Shown one piece after another: positions 1-9,689 of a stretch of DNA of 36,349 bases. The position numbers and the translations under genes are program-made. The stretch covers positions 1-36,349 of the IMG/VR virus record IMGVR_UViG_3300028025_000006; one strand, 5' to 3'. The notes under the pieces are model-generated. The model saw nothing but the letters and a program-made list of their open reading frames with translations. It was not told where the DNA came from and did not search any database. Numbering within the stretch: the first letter of the stretch is position 1; every line of letters begins with the position of its first letter. Source of the DNA: a virus. Lineage: Duplodnaviria > Caudoviricetes.

Positions 1-127
1 TTCTAAGTAACGAGGAAACAGATTACTTACCGTTTCACTCGCTTTGCCCTATCCCCATCCCACATAAGTTTTACGGCGAGTCACTAGCTGACCGAGCAAT
101 GGACATCCAGTTGATTAAATCGACTGT
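1..127. repeat. Terminal direct repeat, copy 1 (127 bp; assembly overlap of a circular or circularly permuted genome)
   Basis: Bases 1-127 are identical to 36223-36349, and the portal ORF reads in frame across the join. Confidence 0.97.
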
Positions 128-1124
128 GGTGCGTCAGATGCTTGACAACCTGTACCTGTCTAACAACTCAAGAGTGGGTGCCGTAGAGGGTCAGGTTAAC
201 CTAGATGACTTGTTGACTATGACACCCGGTGGGGTAGTTCGGATAAAAAACCCGAACGCAATCGTACCTCTTAACGTACCTAGCGTGATTGCCCAAGCGT
301 TTCCAATGTTGCAATACTTGGATGACGCACAGAGCAAGCGTACAGGCGTTTCTGACATGCAGCAGGGTCTAAATCCAGATGTGTTGCAGAACGTGACTGC
401 CGCGGCTGTAGCAGCGTCTACACAGGCTGCTGGCGGTAAGCTAGAGTTGGTTGCTCGTATCTTTGCAGAAACAGGTGTACGCACGCTGTTTCAGGGTATT
501 TTGCAGCTACTTTGCAAGTATCAGGACAAGCCGACACTTATGCGGATGCGTGGTAAGTACATCCCGATTGATCCGCGTTCTTGGTCAAATGAGTACGATG
601 TTGACATTTCTGTGGGTCTGGGTACTGGTAACAAAGCCGAGCAGATGACTATGCTCCAGATGGTGCTTGCTAAACAAGAGGCTATCTTGCAGCAGTTCGG
701 TCCTGCTAACCCGCTTGTGTCTGTCGGTCAGTACCGCAACACTCTTGGTAGATTTATTGAGGCGGCAGGGTTTACGGATAGCGCTGAGTTCTTTAAGGAA
801 GTCACGCCAGAGATTGAGCAGCAGCTTGCACAGCCCCAGCAGCCACAACCTGATCCTACTGTACAGGCATTGATTCAGCAGTCACAAGCTCAGATTCAGA
901 TTGCACAGCAGAAAGCTCAGGCAGACGTACAGGCAGCGCAGCAAAAGGCTATGGCTGATATTGAGCTACAGCGCGAGAAGGCTGCTGCTGAGATTCAGAT
1001 TCAGCGAGAGAAGGCTCAAGCATCCCTCCAGTTAAAACAGGAGGAGTTGCAAGCTGAGATTCAGCTAAAGGCAGCACAGTTGGGCGCAGACATTACAAAC
1101 AGCGTAAACATCAGGAGCGTTTGA
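1..1124 (+). CDS. Portal protein, C-terminal part (continues from 35292 across the circular join; about 684 aa in total)
   Basis: ORF 99..1124 is in frame with the ORF starting at 35292 after circularisation (36321-35292=1029 nt). It has a podoviral portal-like sequence (RTGVSDMQQG, DVDISVGLGTG), a long Q/A-rich coiled-coil C-terminus, and follows TerL. Confidence 0.9.
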   Translation, partial: LSNEETDYLPFHSLCPIPIPHKFYGESLADRAMDIQLIKSTVVRQMLDNLYLSNNSRVGAVEGQVNLDDLLTMTPGGVVRIKNPNAIVPLNVPSVIAQAFPMLQYLDDAQSKRTGVSDMQQGLNPDVLQNVTAAAVAASTQAAGGKLELVARIFAETGVRTLFQGILQLLCKYQDKPTLMRMRGKYIPIDPRSWSNEYDVDISVGLGTGNKAEQMTMLQMVLAKQEAILQQFGPANPLVSVGQYRNTLGRFIEAAGFTDSAEFFKEVTPEIEQQLAQPQQPQPDPTVQALIQQSQAQIQIAQQKAQADVQAAQQKAMADIELQREKAAAEIQIQREKAQASLQLKQEELQAEIQLKAAQLGADITNSVNIRSV

Positions 1125-1125
1125 T

Positions 1126-2328
1126 ATGGTTGATGAATACGGCAACTATTTTGAAGACCCAAGATACAGCGGCTCACAAGGTAGCTTTTTAACTACTAAC
1201 GCTGACGCTGGTGGAGAGTTTGTGCCTCTTTCGGTTACGGCACCAATGGGTCAGTACGTTACAACCAATGCGGATGCTGGCGGTCAATATGTAGAAAATA
1301 CCCCAGAGCAAAGAGCCGCAATCAACGCACAGCTACAGGCTGAGAGACAGGCTCAATTGCAAGGCGCGGCTGCTTATGTGGCTGCCAATCCATTGCGCGT
1401 GTCTGGAGACCAGATTGCGACACGGTACGGTGATGTTAATGCGGCTATGTTTAGACCCATTACACAGCCCGGTCAGTCTATTTCTGGATCAACACCTACA
1501 CAGATGGTTGATCCTTCTAGCGGTATGCCTGTGTTCTTAAGTAATCCAAACGATCCTTATTCGTATACTTACAGCAATACTGGCACTCCTGCTATTGGTG
1601 GAACGCTAGAGCAGCAAGCGGCTTTGTACAGACCAATGCAAACCAATGGCGTGTTTGGTACGCTTGGTGGTGACTTACTGTCTGGTATTAAAGACCCGTA
1701 TTTCCGTAACTTTGCCATTGCCGCGGCTACTATGGCGGCTGCTGCTGCGCTTGCTCCGGCTGCTGGTGCTGGTGGTGTAGGTTCTGCTAGCACAGGCGCT
1801 ACGGCTTTCCCTGTGGACTTTGGTAGCAGTATTACTACAGGCGGTCTAGGTGGTGGTGGTGCAGTAGGTGGCTCAACGGCTGGCGGATTCTTAGGCGGAT
1901 CAGGCGATATTTTGGCTGGCGCTGCTGGTTCAGGTGGAGGCTCTCTTGGTGGCTCTACTTTGGGTAGCGCTTTGGCTAAGGGTGGAGAATTGCTTACTGG
2001 TCCGTATGGCAGCCTTATCAAAGGTGGAATAAGTCTGGGTGGGTTAGCTGCCGCAAATGCGCTAAAGCCACAGGTAGATACGTCTACAGGACAGTCTGGA
2101 CTTACCGCCGCGCAATTGCAAGCTATGGTTGCTGGTATGCCTAGCATGGTTGGTCAGTACACAGCCCAAGCACAGAACGGTATGGGGCAAAACTATACTG
2201 GCTATAATGCACCAGCCACTATTGCCGACTTATTTCCGGCATATAGTCTTGCAAGCGCACAAATGCCTACAGTAGGCTCTACTAACGCACCAGTCTACGG
2301 TGCAGGAAGATTTGCTCCGCTTATATGA
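1126..2328 (+). CDS. Gly/Ala-rich hypothetical protein, possible internal virion or ejected protein
   Basis: 400-aa ORF starting 1 nt after the portal stop, with a TTNADAGG repeat (x2) and hydrophobic Ala/Gly-rich stretches. Confidence 0.6.
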   Translation: MVDEYGNYFEDPRYSGSQGSFLTTNADAGGEFVPLSVTAPMGQYVTTNADAGGQYVENTPEQRAAINAQLQAERQAQLQGAAAYVAANPLRVSGDQIATRYGDVNAAMFRPITQPGQSISGSTPTQMVDPSSGMPVFLSNPNDPYSYTYSNTGTPAIGGTLEQQAALYRPMQTNGVFGTLGGDLLSGIKDPYFRNFAIAAATMAAAAALAPAAGAGGVGSASTGATAFPVDFGSSITTGGLGGGGAVGGSTAGGFLGGSGDILAGAAGSGGGSLGGSTLGSALAKGGELLTGPYGSLIKGGISLGGLAAANALKPQVDTSTGQSGLTAAQLQAMVAGMPSMVGQYTAQAQNGMGQNYTGYNAPATIADLFPAYSLASAQMPTVGSTNAPVYGAGRFAPLI

Positions 2329-2555
2329 ATCAAGCAGAACGCGCCAATCATTTAGTATCTGATGATTTCTTTAAAGAACAGATTGCTGTTTTAAAGAAGT
2401 CTTGCATTGAGCAGATTGTAAATTCAAATTTTGAAGATATTGAAACGAGAGAGGCTGCTTACCATCTAATTAGAGGTATAGATGCAGTCGTTAATCACTT
2501 TACGTCTATTGCTGCACAACGGCAAATAGATGAAAAGAAATGGAAGATATTTTGA
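2325..2555 (+). CDS. Small conserved head-module protein between portal and scaffold
   Basis: 76-aa helical ORF with an ATGA overlap, in a position typical of podovirus head modules. Confidence 0.7.
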   Translation: MNQAERANHLVSDDFFKEQIAVLKKSCIEQIVNSNFEDIETREAAYHLIRGIDAVVNHFTSIAAQRQIDEKKWKIF

Positions 2556-2616
2556 ATATGCGCCATAAGGTGCAAAACCGTGTCGGACGGTATCCGGTGA
2601 TTTTGGGGTTAGTAAG

Positions 2617-3576
2617 ATGAGCGAAAACATGACACCCTCTGAGGGTAGTGGACCGCTATCGGTGGATCAAGCCGCCGGAGCATTTTTAGGTTTAATGGGT
2701 GGTGAGGACTCGCAAGAGCAACCAGATACCGCTACTGAGAATCAAGAGGTGGTTCAGGAAGCAGATGAGTCGCAAGAGGTAAGCGATTCTGATGACGTTG
2801 AGTACCAAGAGGAAGTAGACGAGCAGCCGCGCTACAAGGTGAAAGCCTCAGGCGAAGAAATAGAGGTGACGCTCGATGACTTAATCAAAGGTTATCAACG
2901 TGAGGCAGACTACACAAAGAAAACCCAAACACTCGCAGAGCAGCGCAAACAGGTCGAATCTGAACGCGCAGTAATCGAGCAAGCAAAACAAGAGAGAGAT
3001 CAGTACCAGCAACGTCTTGCGGCAATTGAAGGCGCATTGCGCCAAGCGCCACAGGAAAATCTGGAAGCTCTTAAGGAAAACGATCCAATTGGTTATGCAG
3101 TTAAGGTAGCTGAACAAACTCAGCGTGAACGACAGTTACAGGCTATTGGTGCAGAACGCGCTCGCATTGCTGAACAGCAACAAGCAGAGCAAAGTCAGCA
3201 TCTCAGCCAGTTCCTAGCCGTGGAAGCGCAGAAGTTATCAGAGGCTATCCCTGAATATGCAGACCAGCAAAAGTCAGTACAAGTCAAAAAAGACATACGA
3301 GACTATGCTAGAAAGATTGGATGGTCAGATGAAGAACTAGCCAGCGTGTACGACTCTCGGGCTGTTCTTACGTTATATCGTGCAATGCAATACGAAAAGC
3401 TAATGAGCAACAAGGCAGGGGTTACGAAAAAGGTAGCCGAAGCGCCAAAGATGCTTAAAGCCGGAGTAGCTCGCAATACCGATCCTAACTCAGAACATAC
3501 CAAAAAGGCACAAGCACAGCTACGCAAGACCGGAAGGGTTGCGGATGCTGCTAACGTATTTGAACGATTCTTATAG
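2617..3576 (+). CDS. Capsid scaffolding protein
   Basis: Acidic N-terminus, YKVKASGEEIEVTLDDLIKGYQREADYTKKTQ motif and coiled coil; lies immediately upstream of the major capsid gene. Confidence 0.85.
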   Translation: MSENMTPSEGSGPLSVDQAAGAFLGLMGGEDSQEQPDTATENQEVVQEADESQEVSDSDDVEYQEEVDEQPRYKVKASGEEIEVTLDDLIKGYQREADYTKKTQTLAEQRKQVESERAVIEQAKQERDQYQQRLAAIEGALRQAPQENLEALKENDPIGYAVKVAEQTQRERQLQAIGAERARIAEQQQAEQSQHLSQFLAVEAQKLSEAIPEYADQQKSVQVKKDIRDYARKIGWSDEELASVYDSRAVLTLYRAMQYEKLMSNKAGVTKKVAEAPKMLKAGVARNTDPNSEHTKKAQAQLRKTGRVADAANVFERFL

Positions 3577-3589
3577 GAAGTAACTTAAA

Positions 3590-4534
3590 ATGGCAACATA
3601 CAACGCTCACCAAGCTATTGGTCTCCGCGAAGACTTAACCGATGTTATCTATAACATCTCCCCTACAGACACTCCTTTGCTAAACACGCTTGCACGCACT
3701 AAGGCAACCGCTGTTTTCCATGAGTGGCAGACAGACACCCTTGCAGCCGCTACGACTGCTAACGCCGCTGTTGAAGGTGCAGACGCATCGTCAGGCAACC
3801 TTTCTTTGACAACCCGTCTTGGTAACTACACCCAGATCGTCCAGAAGACTATTCAAGTCTCCGGCACTCTTGAGTCAGTTAACAAAGCTGGTCGCAAGTC
3901 TGAGAAGGCATATCAACTTGCTCGCGCATCGTCCGAATTGAAGCGTGACATCGAGACAATCCTTTGTGCTAACCAAGGTCGCAGCGCTGGCAACAGCACT
4001 ACAGCCCGTACATTGGGTGCTATGTTGTCATGGATTCAGACAAACACATCTAAAGGCACCAGCGGTACTGATCCTACTACCATTGGCGTTAGCGTCCGTT
4101 CGGATGGCGCATTGCGTACATTCACAGAGACATTGCTTAAGACTGTTGTTAAATCGGTGTACGATGCTGGCGGCACTCCTAAGGTGTTGTTGGTTGGTAC
4201 TGGTGCCAAGCAGAAAGTGTCTGAGTTTGCTGGTATTGCAGCACAGCGCTACATGGCACCTGCTGATGGTCCTACAACAATTATCGGTGCTGCTGACGTT
4301 TATCTGTCAGACTTTGGCTCGATTTCTGTTGTCCCATCGCGCTTTATGCGTAGCCGTGATGCTTTCGTGCTTGATCCTGAGTACGCAGCAGTAGCATATC
4401 TCCGCCCATTCGCCACGAACGAATTGGCAAAAGCAGGTGACAGCGATAAAACACAAATTCTCGCTGAACTGACTTTGGAAATGCGTAACGAAGCTGCTCA
4501 TGGTCTGGTGACAGACATTAACCCAGCGCTGTAA
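3590..4534 (+). CDS. Major capsid protein (DUF5309/SU10-like, HK97 fold)
   Basis: REDLTDVIYNISPTDTP, HEWQTD, NYTQI and ELKRDIE motifs; 314 aa; follows the scaffold gene. Confidence 0.9.
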   Translation: MATYNAHQAIGLREDLTDVIYNISPTDTPLLNTLARTKATAVFHEWQTDTLAAATTANAAVEGADASSGNLSLTTRLGNYTQIVQKTIQVSGTLESVNKAGRKSEKAYQLARASSELKRDIETILCANQGRSAGNSTTARTLGAMLSWIQTNTSKGTSGTDPTTIGVSVRSDGALRTFTETLLKTVVKSVYDAGGTPKVLLVGTGAKQKVSEFAGIAAQRYMAPADGPTTIIGAADVYLSDFGSISVVPSRFMRSRDAFVLDPEYAAVAYLRPFATNELAKAGDSDKTQILAELTLEMRNEAAHGLVTDINPAL

Positions 4535-4541
4535 TATAATC

Positions 4542-4563
4542 GGGGAGGGTTTCGGCTCTCCCC
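4542..4563 (+). terminator. Stable hairpin after the capsid gene (weak terminator or mRNA-stabilising stem)
   Basis: GGGGAGGGT-TTCG-GCTCTCCCC forms a 9-bp stem with a TTCG loop; there is no real U-tract. Confidence 0.6.
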
Positions 4564-4575
4564 ATTAAGGATATT

Positions 4576-4896
4576 ATGAAAAAACTATTCTCTGTTGACG
4601 CTCAAAAGGGCAAACATACGATAGCGCACGATGACGGTGACGGTGGGATTATTCTGGAAACTAAGCAGGATATTTCGCAGATCATCGAGGTGAATAAACA
4701 AAAGTTTAATGACATTACGTCTTTAGACAGGTGGGGTGATTTAACCCACATTGCAACAATCCCAGATGCGGTGATTGACGATTTAAATAAAATGGGTATT
4801 ATGCGTGGATACGCGGTTATGGATGAGCCAGCCTTTGCTGCTTTCCTTAACAATCCAGATAATCGTTACTTACGAGTAAGACCGGGAAGATTATGA
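4576..4896 (+). CDS. Conserved hypothetical phage protein
   Basis: 106-aa ORF with an AAGGA RBS and a C-terminal FLNNPDNRYLRV motif, directly after the capsid gene. Confidence 0.75.
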   Translation: MKKLFSVDAQKGKHTIAHDDGDGGIILETKQDISQIIEVNKQKFNDITSLDRWGDLTHIATIPDAVIDDLNKMGIMRGYAVMDEPAFAAFLNNPDNRYLRVRPGRL

Positions 4897-5567
4897 AAAT
4901 AGCCATTTGTGTACCATGCCGCGACAGCGTTATGTCTGGTTTTTGTTTTGACCTAGCTAAATTAGTTGGATACCACTCTCGCACAACAGACGATGAGCTT
5001 ATCATCTTGCAGATGTCGGGTACCTTAATCTTTAATCAGCGTGAAAACCTAGCAGATCAGGCATTAGAAGCGGGTGCAGAGGCTATCTTGTGGATTGATT
5101 CTGATATGCGGTTTCCGGCAAACACGCTAGAAGTGATGTTAAGCCGGAACATGCCTATCCTTGGGGTCAATGCAACCACACGCAGAGAGCCTGTATTGCC
5201 TACAGCGATGCAGCTTAATATTAAAGAGGATTCGCATGAGTGGCAAAAGGTTGAATCCAGAGGCATGGAAGGTATACAGCAAGTAACGGCTGTAGGGTTT
5301 GGCGTAACGCTCACTAGAGCAGACGTATTCAAGACAATGCCTAAGCCTTGGTTCGACATCCTGTGGACTGCCGCGGGTGGAATTATTGGCGAAGATGTAC
5401 ACTTTTGTATCAAAGCGCAAGATTTTGGGATCGACACATATGTTGACCACGATCTGACCCCGTTAATTAAACATATCGGGATTAAAGAATACGGATGGGA
5501 TGACATAACTTATGGCAATCACAAATTACGCAAGTCTACAGACAACGATAGCGAACTATCTAGCTAG
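4893..5567 (+). CDS. GT-A fold (GT2-like) glycosyltransferase
   Basis: N-terminal KIAICVP strand, DxD motif (WIDSD), VGFG and GEDVHFC motifs. Confidence 0.75.
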   Translation: MKIAICVPCRDSVMSGFCFDLAKLVGYHSRTTDDELIILQMSGTLIFNQRENLADQALEAGAEAILWIDSDMRFPANTLEVMLSRNMPILGVNATTRREPVLPTAMQLNIKEDSHEWQKVESRGMEGIQQVTAVGFGVTLTRADVFKTMPKPWFDILWTAAGGIIGEDVHFCIKAQDFGIDTYVDHDLTPLIKHIGIKEYGWDDITYGNHKLRKSTDNDSELSS

Positions 5568-6132
5568 GACTGACCTAACCGTTAGCATCCCAGACTTTAT
5601 CCGTTTGGCAGAGGTTAGATTACGCAGAGACTTGCGTATCCGCCAGATGCTTAAGTCAGCTACCTCACCTACTGTTGGTGGCGATCCTACGGTATCACTT
5701 CCTTCAGACTTTTTGCAATTACGCACTTTATTTGTAGAAACTAACCCTATTCGCAGCTTAGAGTATGTTTCCCCAGCCATCTTTCATACAAATGGCAGGG
5801 TAACGGAAACAGGACTGCCTGTGTATTACACCATCCTAGCGTCTGAGTTTAAGTTTGCTCCTGCGCCAGATACGAATTACACATTGCAGATTTTGTACTA
5901 CGCAGCACCGGAGTTTTTAGGCGATACAAACCCAAGCAATAACTTCCTATCAACCTGTCCAGATTTATTGCTCTACGGGGCTTTAATCGAGGCAGAGCCG
6001 TATTTAATGAATGATGCGCGTATTCAATTGTGGTCTGCCATGTATGACCGAGGATTGACTGCACTAAACGCTGCTGATGACTCATCCGAGTACAGCGGTG
6101 TCCCACTTAAAATGACTCTTTCAGCGAGGTAA
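5512..6132 (+). CDS. Head-tail adaptor (tail tubular protein A-like)
   Basis: 206 aa; MAITNYASLQTTIANYLAR, LPSDFL, PAPD and PDLLLYGAL motifs resemble podoviral adaptor proteins; position fits. Confidence 0.7.
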   Translation: MAITNYASLQTTIANYLARTDLTVSIPDFIRLAEVRLRRDLRIRQMLKSATSPTVGGDPTVSLPSDFLQLRTLFVETNPIRSLEYVSPAIFHTNGRVTETGLPVYYTILASEFKFAPAPDTNYTLQILYYAAPEFLGDTNPSNNFLSTCPDLLLYGALIEAEPYLMNDARIQLWSAMYDRGLTALNAADDSSEYSGVPLKMTLSAR

Positions 6133-6135
6133 ATC

Positions 6136-6522
6136 ATGGCAGCAATGTCGAATTATTTAGAGAACGCACTTGTTAACGCAACATTGCGTAATACGTCTTA
6201 CACAACTCCGACTACTGTTTATGTCGGCTTGTACACAACAGACCCGACTGATGCCAATACAGGCACAGAAGTATCTGGTGGATCATACGCAAGGGTTGCG
6301 GCTACCTTTGCTGCACCAAGCAACGGCGCATCCGCTACAAACGCAGATGTTACTTTTGCTGTTGCTACTGCCTCATGGGGTACGGTCGCATACTTTGGTA
6401 TATCAGATGCCCTGTCAGGCGGTAATCTTTTGTATCACGGCGCACTTACCGTTAGCAAAACGATTTCGACAGGCGATGTGCTTAAAATTACATCCGGTAA
6501 TTTGTCAGTCACTCTTGCTTAA
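6136..6522 (+). CDS. Small virion structural protein (tail-fibre-associated family)
   Basis: MSNYLENAL...VYVGLYTTDP...EVSGGSYAR motif of a widespread beta-rich phage structural family. Confidence 0.7.
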   Translation: MAAMSNYLENALVNATLRNTSYTTPTTVYVGLYTTDPTDANTGTEVSGGSYARVAATFAAPSNGASATNADVTFAVATASWGTVAYFGISDALSGGNLLYHGALTVSKTISTGDVLKITSGNLSVTLA

Positions 6523-6533
6523 TAGGGGGCGTT

Positions 6534-7499
6534 ATGGCAATTACAGTTAAACACGCAAAAGTTAGCGCCGTACCTGATGAGGGAGATGCTAGTCTTATTC
6601 GTCCAAGCGATTGGAATAGTGACCACACTCTCTTAGGTCTAGGAACAGCAGCAGAAAAAGACAATGGTGTAGCTAACGGTGTTGCCTCTCTCGATTCAGG
6701 CGGAACGGTTCCTTTATCACAACTTCCCGCATCTATTAAGGGAGGATTGGTCTTTAAGGGTACATGGAACGCAAGCACCAACACGCCTACATTAGCCTCA
6801 GGTGTCGGTACAGCCAATGATTATTATGTTGTGTCTGTCGCTGGTTCGACAAACCTAAACGGCATAACAACTTGGGCAGTCAATGATCTTGCGATTTATA
6901 ACGGAACGGCTTGGCAAAAAGTAAGCGCATCCAATCCTACGATCATTACCGCTAACTCTACCGATCCTGCATTACGAGTCACCCAGACAGGCACAGGCAA
7001 TGCTTTTGTTGTCGAGGATAGTACGACTCCTGATACAACGGCTTTTGTAATTGATAACGCGGGTAATGTCGCTACTGGTGGCACTCTTACTGTTGCGGGA
7101 AAACTTGCTGTAGACCAATCTGATGTTGGCACAGCGCCCAACAAGATTCCGCTTAATCAATTTCTTGGCAGCATGGCGTTTTTGGATGCAGACAATATTT
7201 CATTTTCTGCTACGGGTGCAAATACTGCGGCTCAAAACCTTGCGGTCAATAAACTGACTACGGTAACGATTTCTGCTGATACAACCTTGACTACAACTGT
7301 GCCTAAACTTAATTCAACCGCTTATGTGATTGTGATTACATCTGGCACGACTAGCAGAACGGTGACGTTTGGTACGGGTTTCAAATCAACAGGCACGCTT
7401 GCAACGGGTACAAGTGCAGATAGGCGTTTTGTGTTTCAGTTTATCTCGGATGGCACAAACCTTGTTGAGGTTTCTCGCACAGCCGCTATTACCTATTAA
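6534..7499 (+). CDS. Fibre-like virion protein
   Basis: Thr/Gly-rich mosaic containing NGVASLDSGG, FKGTWNASTNTPTL and GTAPNKIPLNQFLGSMAF segments typical of fibre proteins. Confidence 0.65.
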   Translation: MAITVKHAKVSAVPDEGDASLIRPSDWNSDHTLLGLGTAAEKDNGVANGVASLDSGGTVPLSQLPASIKGGLVFKGTWNASTNTPTLASGVGTANDYYVVSVAGSTNLNGITTWAVNDLAIYNGTAWQKVSASNPTIITANSTDPALRVTQTGTGNAFVVEDSTTPDTTAFVIDNAGNVATGGTLTVAGKLAVDQSDVGTAPNKIPLNQFLGSMAFLDADNISFSATGANTAAQNLAVNKLTTVTISADTTLTTTVPKLNSTAYVIVITSGTTSRTVTFGTGFKSTGTLATGTSADRRFVFQFISDGTNLVEVSRTAAITY

Positions 7500-7508
7500 G
7501 GACACATC

Positions 7509-9287
7509 ATGTCAATCGCACAGAACTTCCCAGCCATTGCACCTTCTTTATCGCTTGACTTTGCAAACGTCCAAGCACTCGATCCCCGCATCACGTTTGC
7601 CAGAGCATCGACAGCCACATACTACGGCACTCGCACGGCGTTAGCAGAGCAGAATTTGTTGTTACAGAGCCAGACGTTTGATAATGCGTCTTGGACTAAA
7701 ATTGGCAGTACGGCTACAGCTAATGCTGTTGTTGCTCCTGACGGTACAAGTACCGCAACACTTCTTACAAGCAACTTAGCAAGTACCGATTCATATTTAC
7801 GTCAAGAGCCAACAATACCTACAGGCGGCACAGATGTTCTTACTGTATACGCAAAATATCTCAACTATAGATATGTAGTAGTAAACATTCGGACGGGAGC
7901 ATCAGCCAGATATTGTTGGTTTGATGTGCTTAATGGAGTTGTGGCTACTAACAGTTCTGGTGGCACAGCTAGCATGCAAAGTGTTGGTAATGGTTGGTAT
8001 CGTTTGATACTATCCCGTGCTAATGAAGGTAGCACTTTGCGGTGCAATTTCTATTTAGCTACAACAGATGCCGTTCTAACAATAGCTGGTGATGGTACAT
8101 CTGGTAACTACTTTTGGGGGTCGCAGTTTGAAAAACGAGATCAAGCTACAGCCTACAACGTCACTACAACCCAACCTGTCAGTAATTACATCCCCGTCTT
8201 AGAAACAGCCGCATCAGGCGTGGCGAGGTTCGATCACAACCCCACGACTTTTGAGAGTTTGGGTTTCTTGGTTGAGCAACAGAGTACGAATTTACTGCTA
8301 CAAAGCGAAGATTTGGATACCACATGGTCTGAAACAAGAGCTACTTTGTCTCTCAATAGTGTGGTTGCGCCAAACGGTACTTTGACCGCAGATGTGTTAA
8401 TTGCTAACACCGATAACGACACCCACTTTACAACGCAAACATTTACAGGAACGGCAGTTAGCCATACCTTTAGTGCTTATGCCAAAGCAAATGGCTTAAA
8501 TCATGTTGCCTTGCGTTTGTTTAATGGTTCAACGCAAGTTGGTCTTGCTTATTACAATTTATCGACTGGCGCAACTGGGACTGTTACAGCGGGTACAGCA
8601 GCTATTCAGTCTGTTGGTAATGGTTGGTATCGTTGCTCATTAACAGCTACGCTTGCTGCGTCTGCCTCTTGTACTGCGGATATTTTCCTCGCAAACGCTG
8701 ACAATACAAATACTTTTGTTGGTAATGCGTTTAGCGGCGTAACGCTTTGGGGTTTTCAAATTGAAGCCTTGGCTTTATCAACAAGCTACATCCAAACAGT
8801 AGCCAGTCAAGTCACCCGTGCCGCTGACGCTGTTTCAATAACAGGGACAAACTTTAGCTCTTGTTATGCTCAAGGCGAAGGGACGCTATATGTTGAGAGC
8901 TTGGCGCAAGATACATCCGCAGCAAACAATAAAAATCTACGTTTGCACGATGGCACTACTAGCAATGAAATTTGGTTAGGAAGCGGCAGCCCCGGCACAG
9001 CCGCACGCTGTCAAATAGCTTTAGGCGGCGTTACTTATTTTGATTCAAATATGTCTAGCCAAACTACCGCAGGACAGTTTGGTAAATATGCTGTTGCGTT
9101 TGAAACAAACAATACGGTTTTGTGTTCTAACGGAACGCTTGGAACTCTTGATACGGCTGTTCCTATATCTTCGGCTATTAACCAACTTACAATAATTCCT
9201 CCTAGTCAAAGGGCAGGGTATTACAAGAAAATTGCTTACTACCCAATCCGCATTAGCAACACCAATCTTCAAGCATTGACAAGTTAA
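7509..9287 (+). CDS. Head or tail spike-fibre protein with duplicated carbohydrate-binding-like domains
   Basis: PSLSLDFA...ITFARAS N-terminus, two NLLLQS...APxGTxTA...SVGNGWYR domains, a TSYI...VTRAAD linker and a LamG-like C-terminus. Confidence 0.7.
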   Translation: MSIAQNFPAIAPSLSLDFANVQALDPRITFARASTATYYGTRTALAEQNLLLQSQTFDNASWTKIGSTATANAVVAPDGTSTATLLTSNLASTDSYLRQEPTIPTGGTDVLTVYAKYLNYRYVVVNIRTGASARYCWFDVLNGVVATNSSGGTASMQSVGNGWYRLILSRANEGSTLRCNFYLATTDAVLTIAGDGTSGNYFWGSQFEKRDQATAYNVTTTQPVSNYIPVLETAASGVARFDHNPTTFESLGFLVEQQSTNLLLQSEDLDTTWSETRATLSLNSVVAPNGTLTADVLIANTDNDTHFTTQTFTGTAVSHTFSAYAKANGLNHVALRLFNGSTQVGLAYYNLSTGATGTVTAGTAAIQSVGNGWYRCSLTATLAASASCTADIFLANADNTNTFVGNAFSGVTLWGFQIEALALSTSYIQTVASQVTRAADAVSITGTNFSSCYAQGEGTLYVESLAQDTSAANNKNLRLHDGTTSNEIWLGSGSPGTAARCQIALGGVTYFDSNMSSQTTAGQFGKYAVAFETNNTVLCSNGTLGTLDTAVPISSAINQLTIIPPSQRAGYYKKIAYYPIRISNTNLQALTS

Positions 9288-9296
9288 GGAGCAGAC

Positions 9297-9602
9297 ATGG
9301 ATTTATATTTGAAATTCGCAGACGAAGCCGAATCTATTGATGTCCTCTACACAGTCACACCAAGCATTGAAATCGAAGGTGTGGTGACTGCGGATGCGGT
9401 GATTACGCCTAACTACGCTAACATCGATACAATCGGTATTATCTACGAGCCACAGCCTGATCCACTAGCAGAGCCATTACCTGATCCTGTGCCTTACGAT
9501 GGTTGGTTCGTTAACGTCAGAGTAGTAGAAGGCGAGAACTCAGAGCCGCTAATGCCTTTTAGTATTGATCCACAGCCGTATCCTATGCGTATCTGGGGTT
9601 AA
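9297..9602 (+). CDS. Acidic hypothetical protein, probable partner of the spike protein
   Basis: 101-aa ORF with a strong AAGGAG RBS; DLYLKFADEAE...IDTIG...GWFVNVR motif. Confidence 0.7.
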   Translation: MDLYLKFADEAESIDVLYTVTPSIEIEGVVTADAVITPNYANIDTIGIIYEPQPDPLAEPLPDPVPYDGWFVNVRVVEGENSEPLMPFSIDPQPYPMRIWG

Positions 9603-9689
9603 CGCCAATATTGAGCGCAAATTGTACAAATGTGATGAATAAATGTTTTCTTTGTTAGAAATAAAATTCATCGAACATAAGAGAAAATA

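Noticed and set aside
1-127. The 127-bp terminal repeat as a biological DTR or packaging end
   Set aside because: It falls mid-portal gene and 127 is a common assembler k-mer length, so it is best read as a circular assembly overlap.
1569-2147. 192-aa Pro-rich antisense ORF and similar shadow ORFs across the structural arm
   Set aside because: These mirror Gly/Ala-rich sense codons and lack an RBS or operon context.
9603-9689. AT-rich gap as an internal promoter or terminator
   Set aside because: There is no convincing -35/-10 pair or GC stem with a U-tract.
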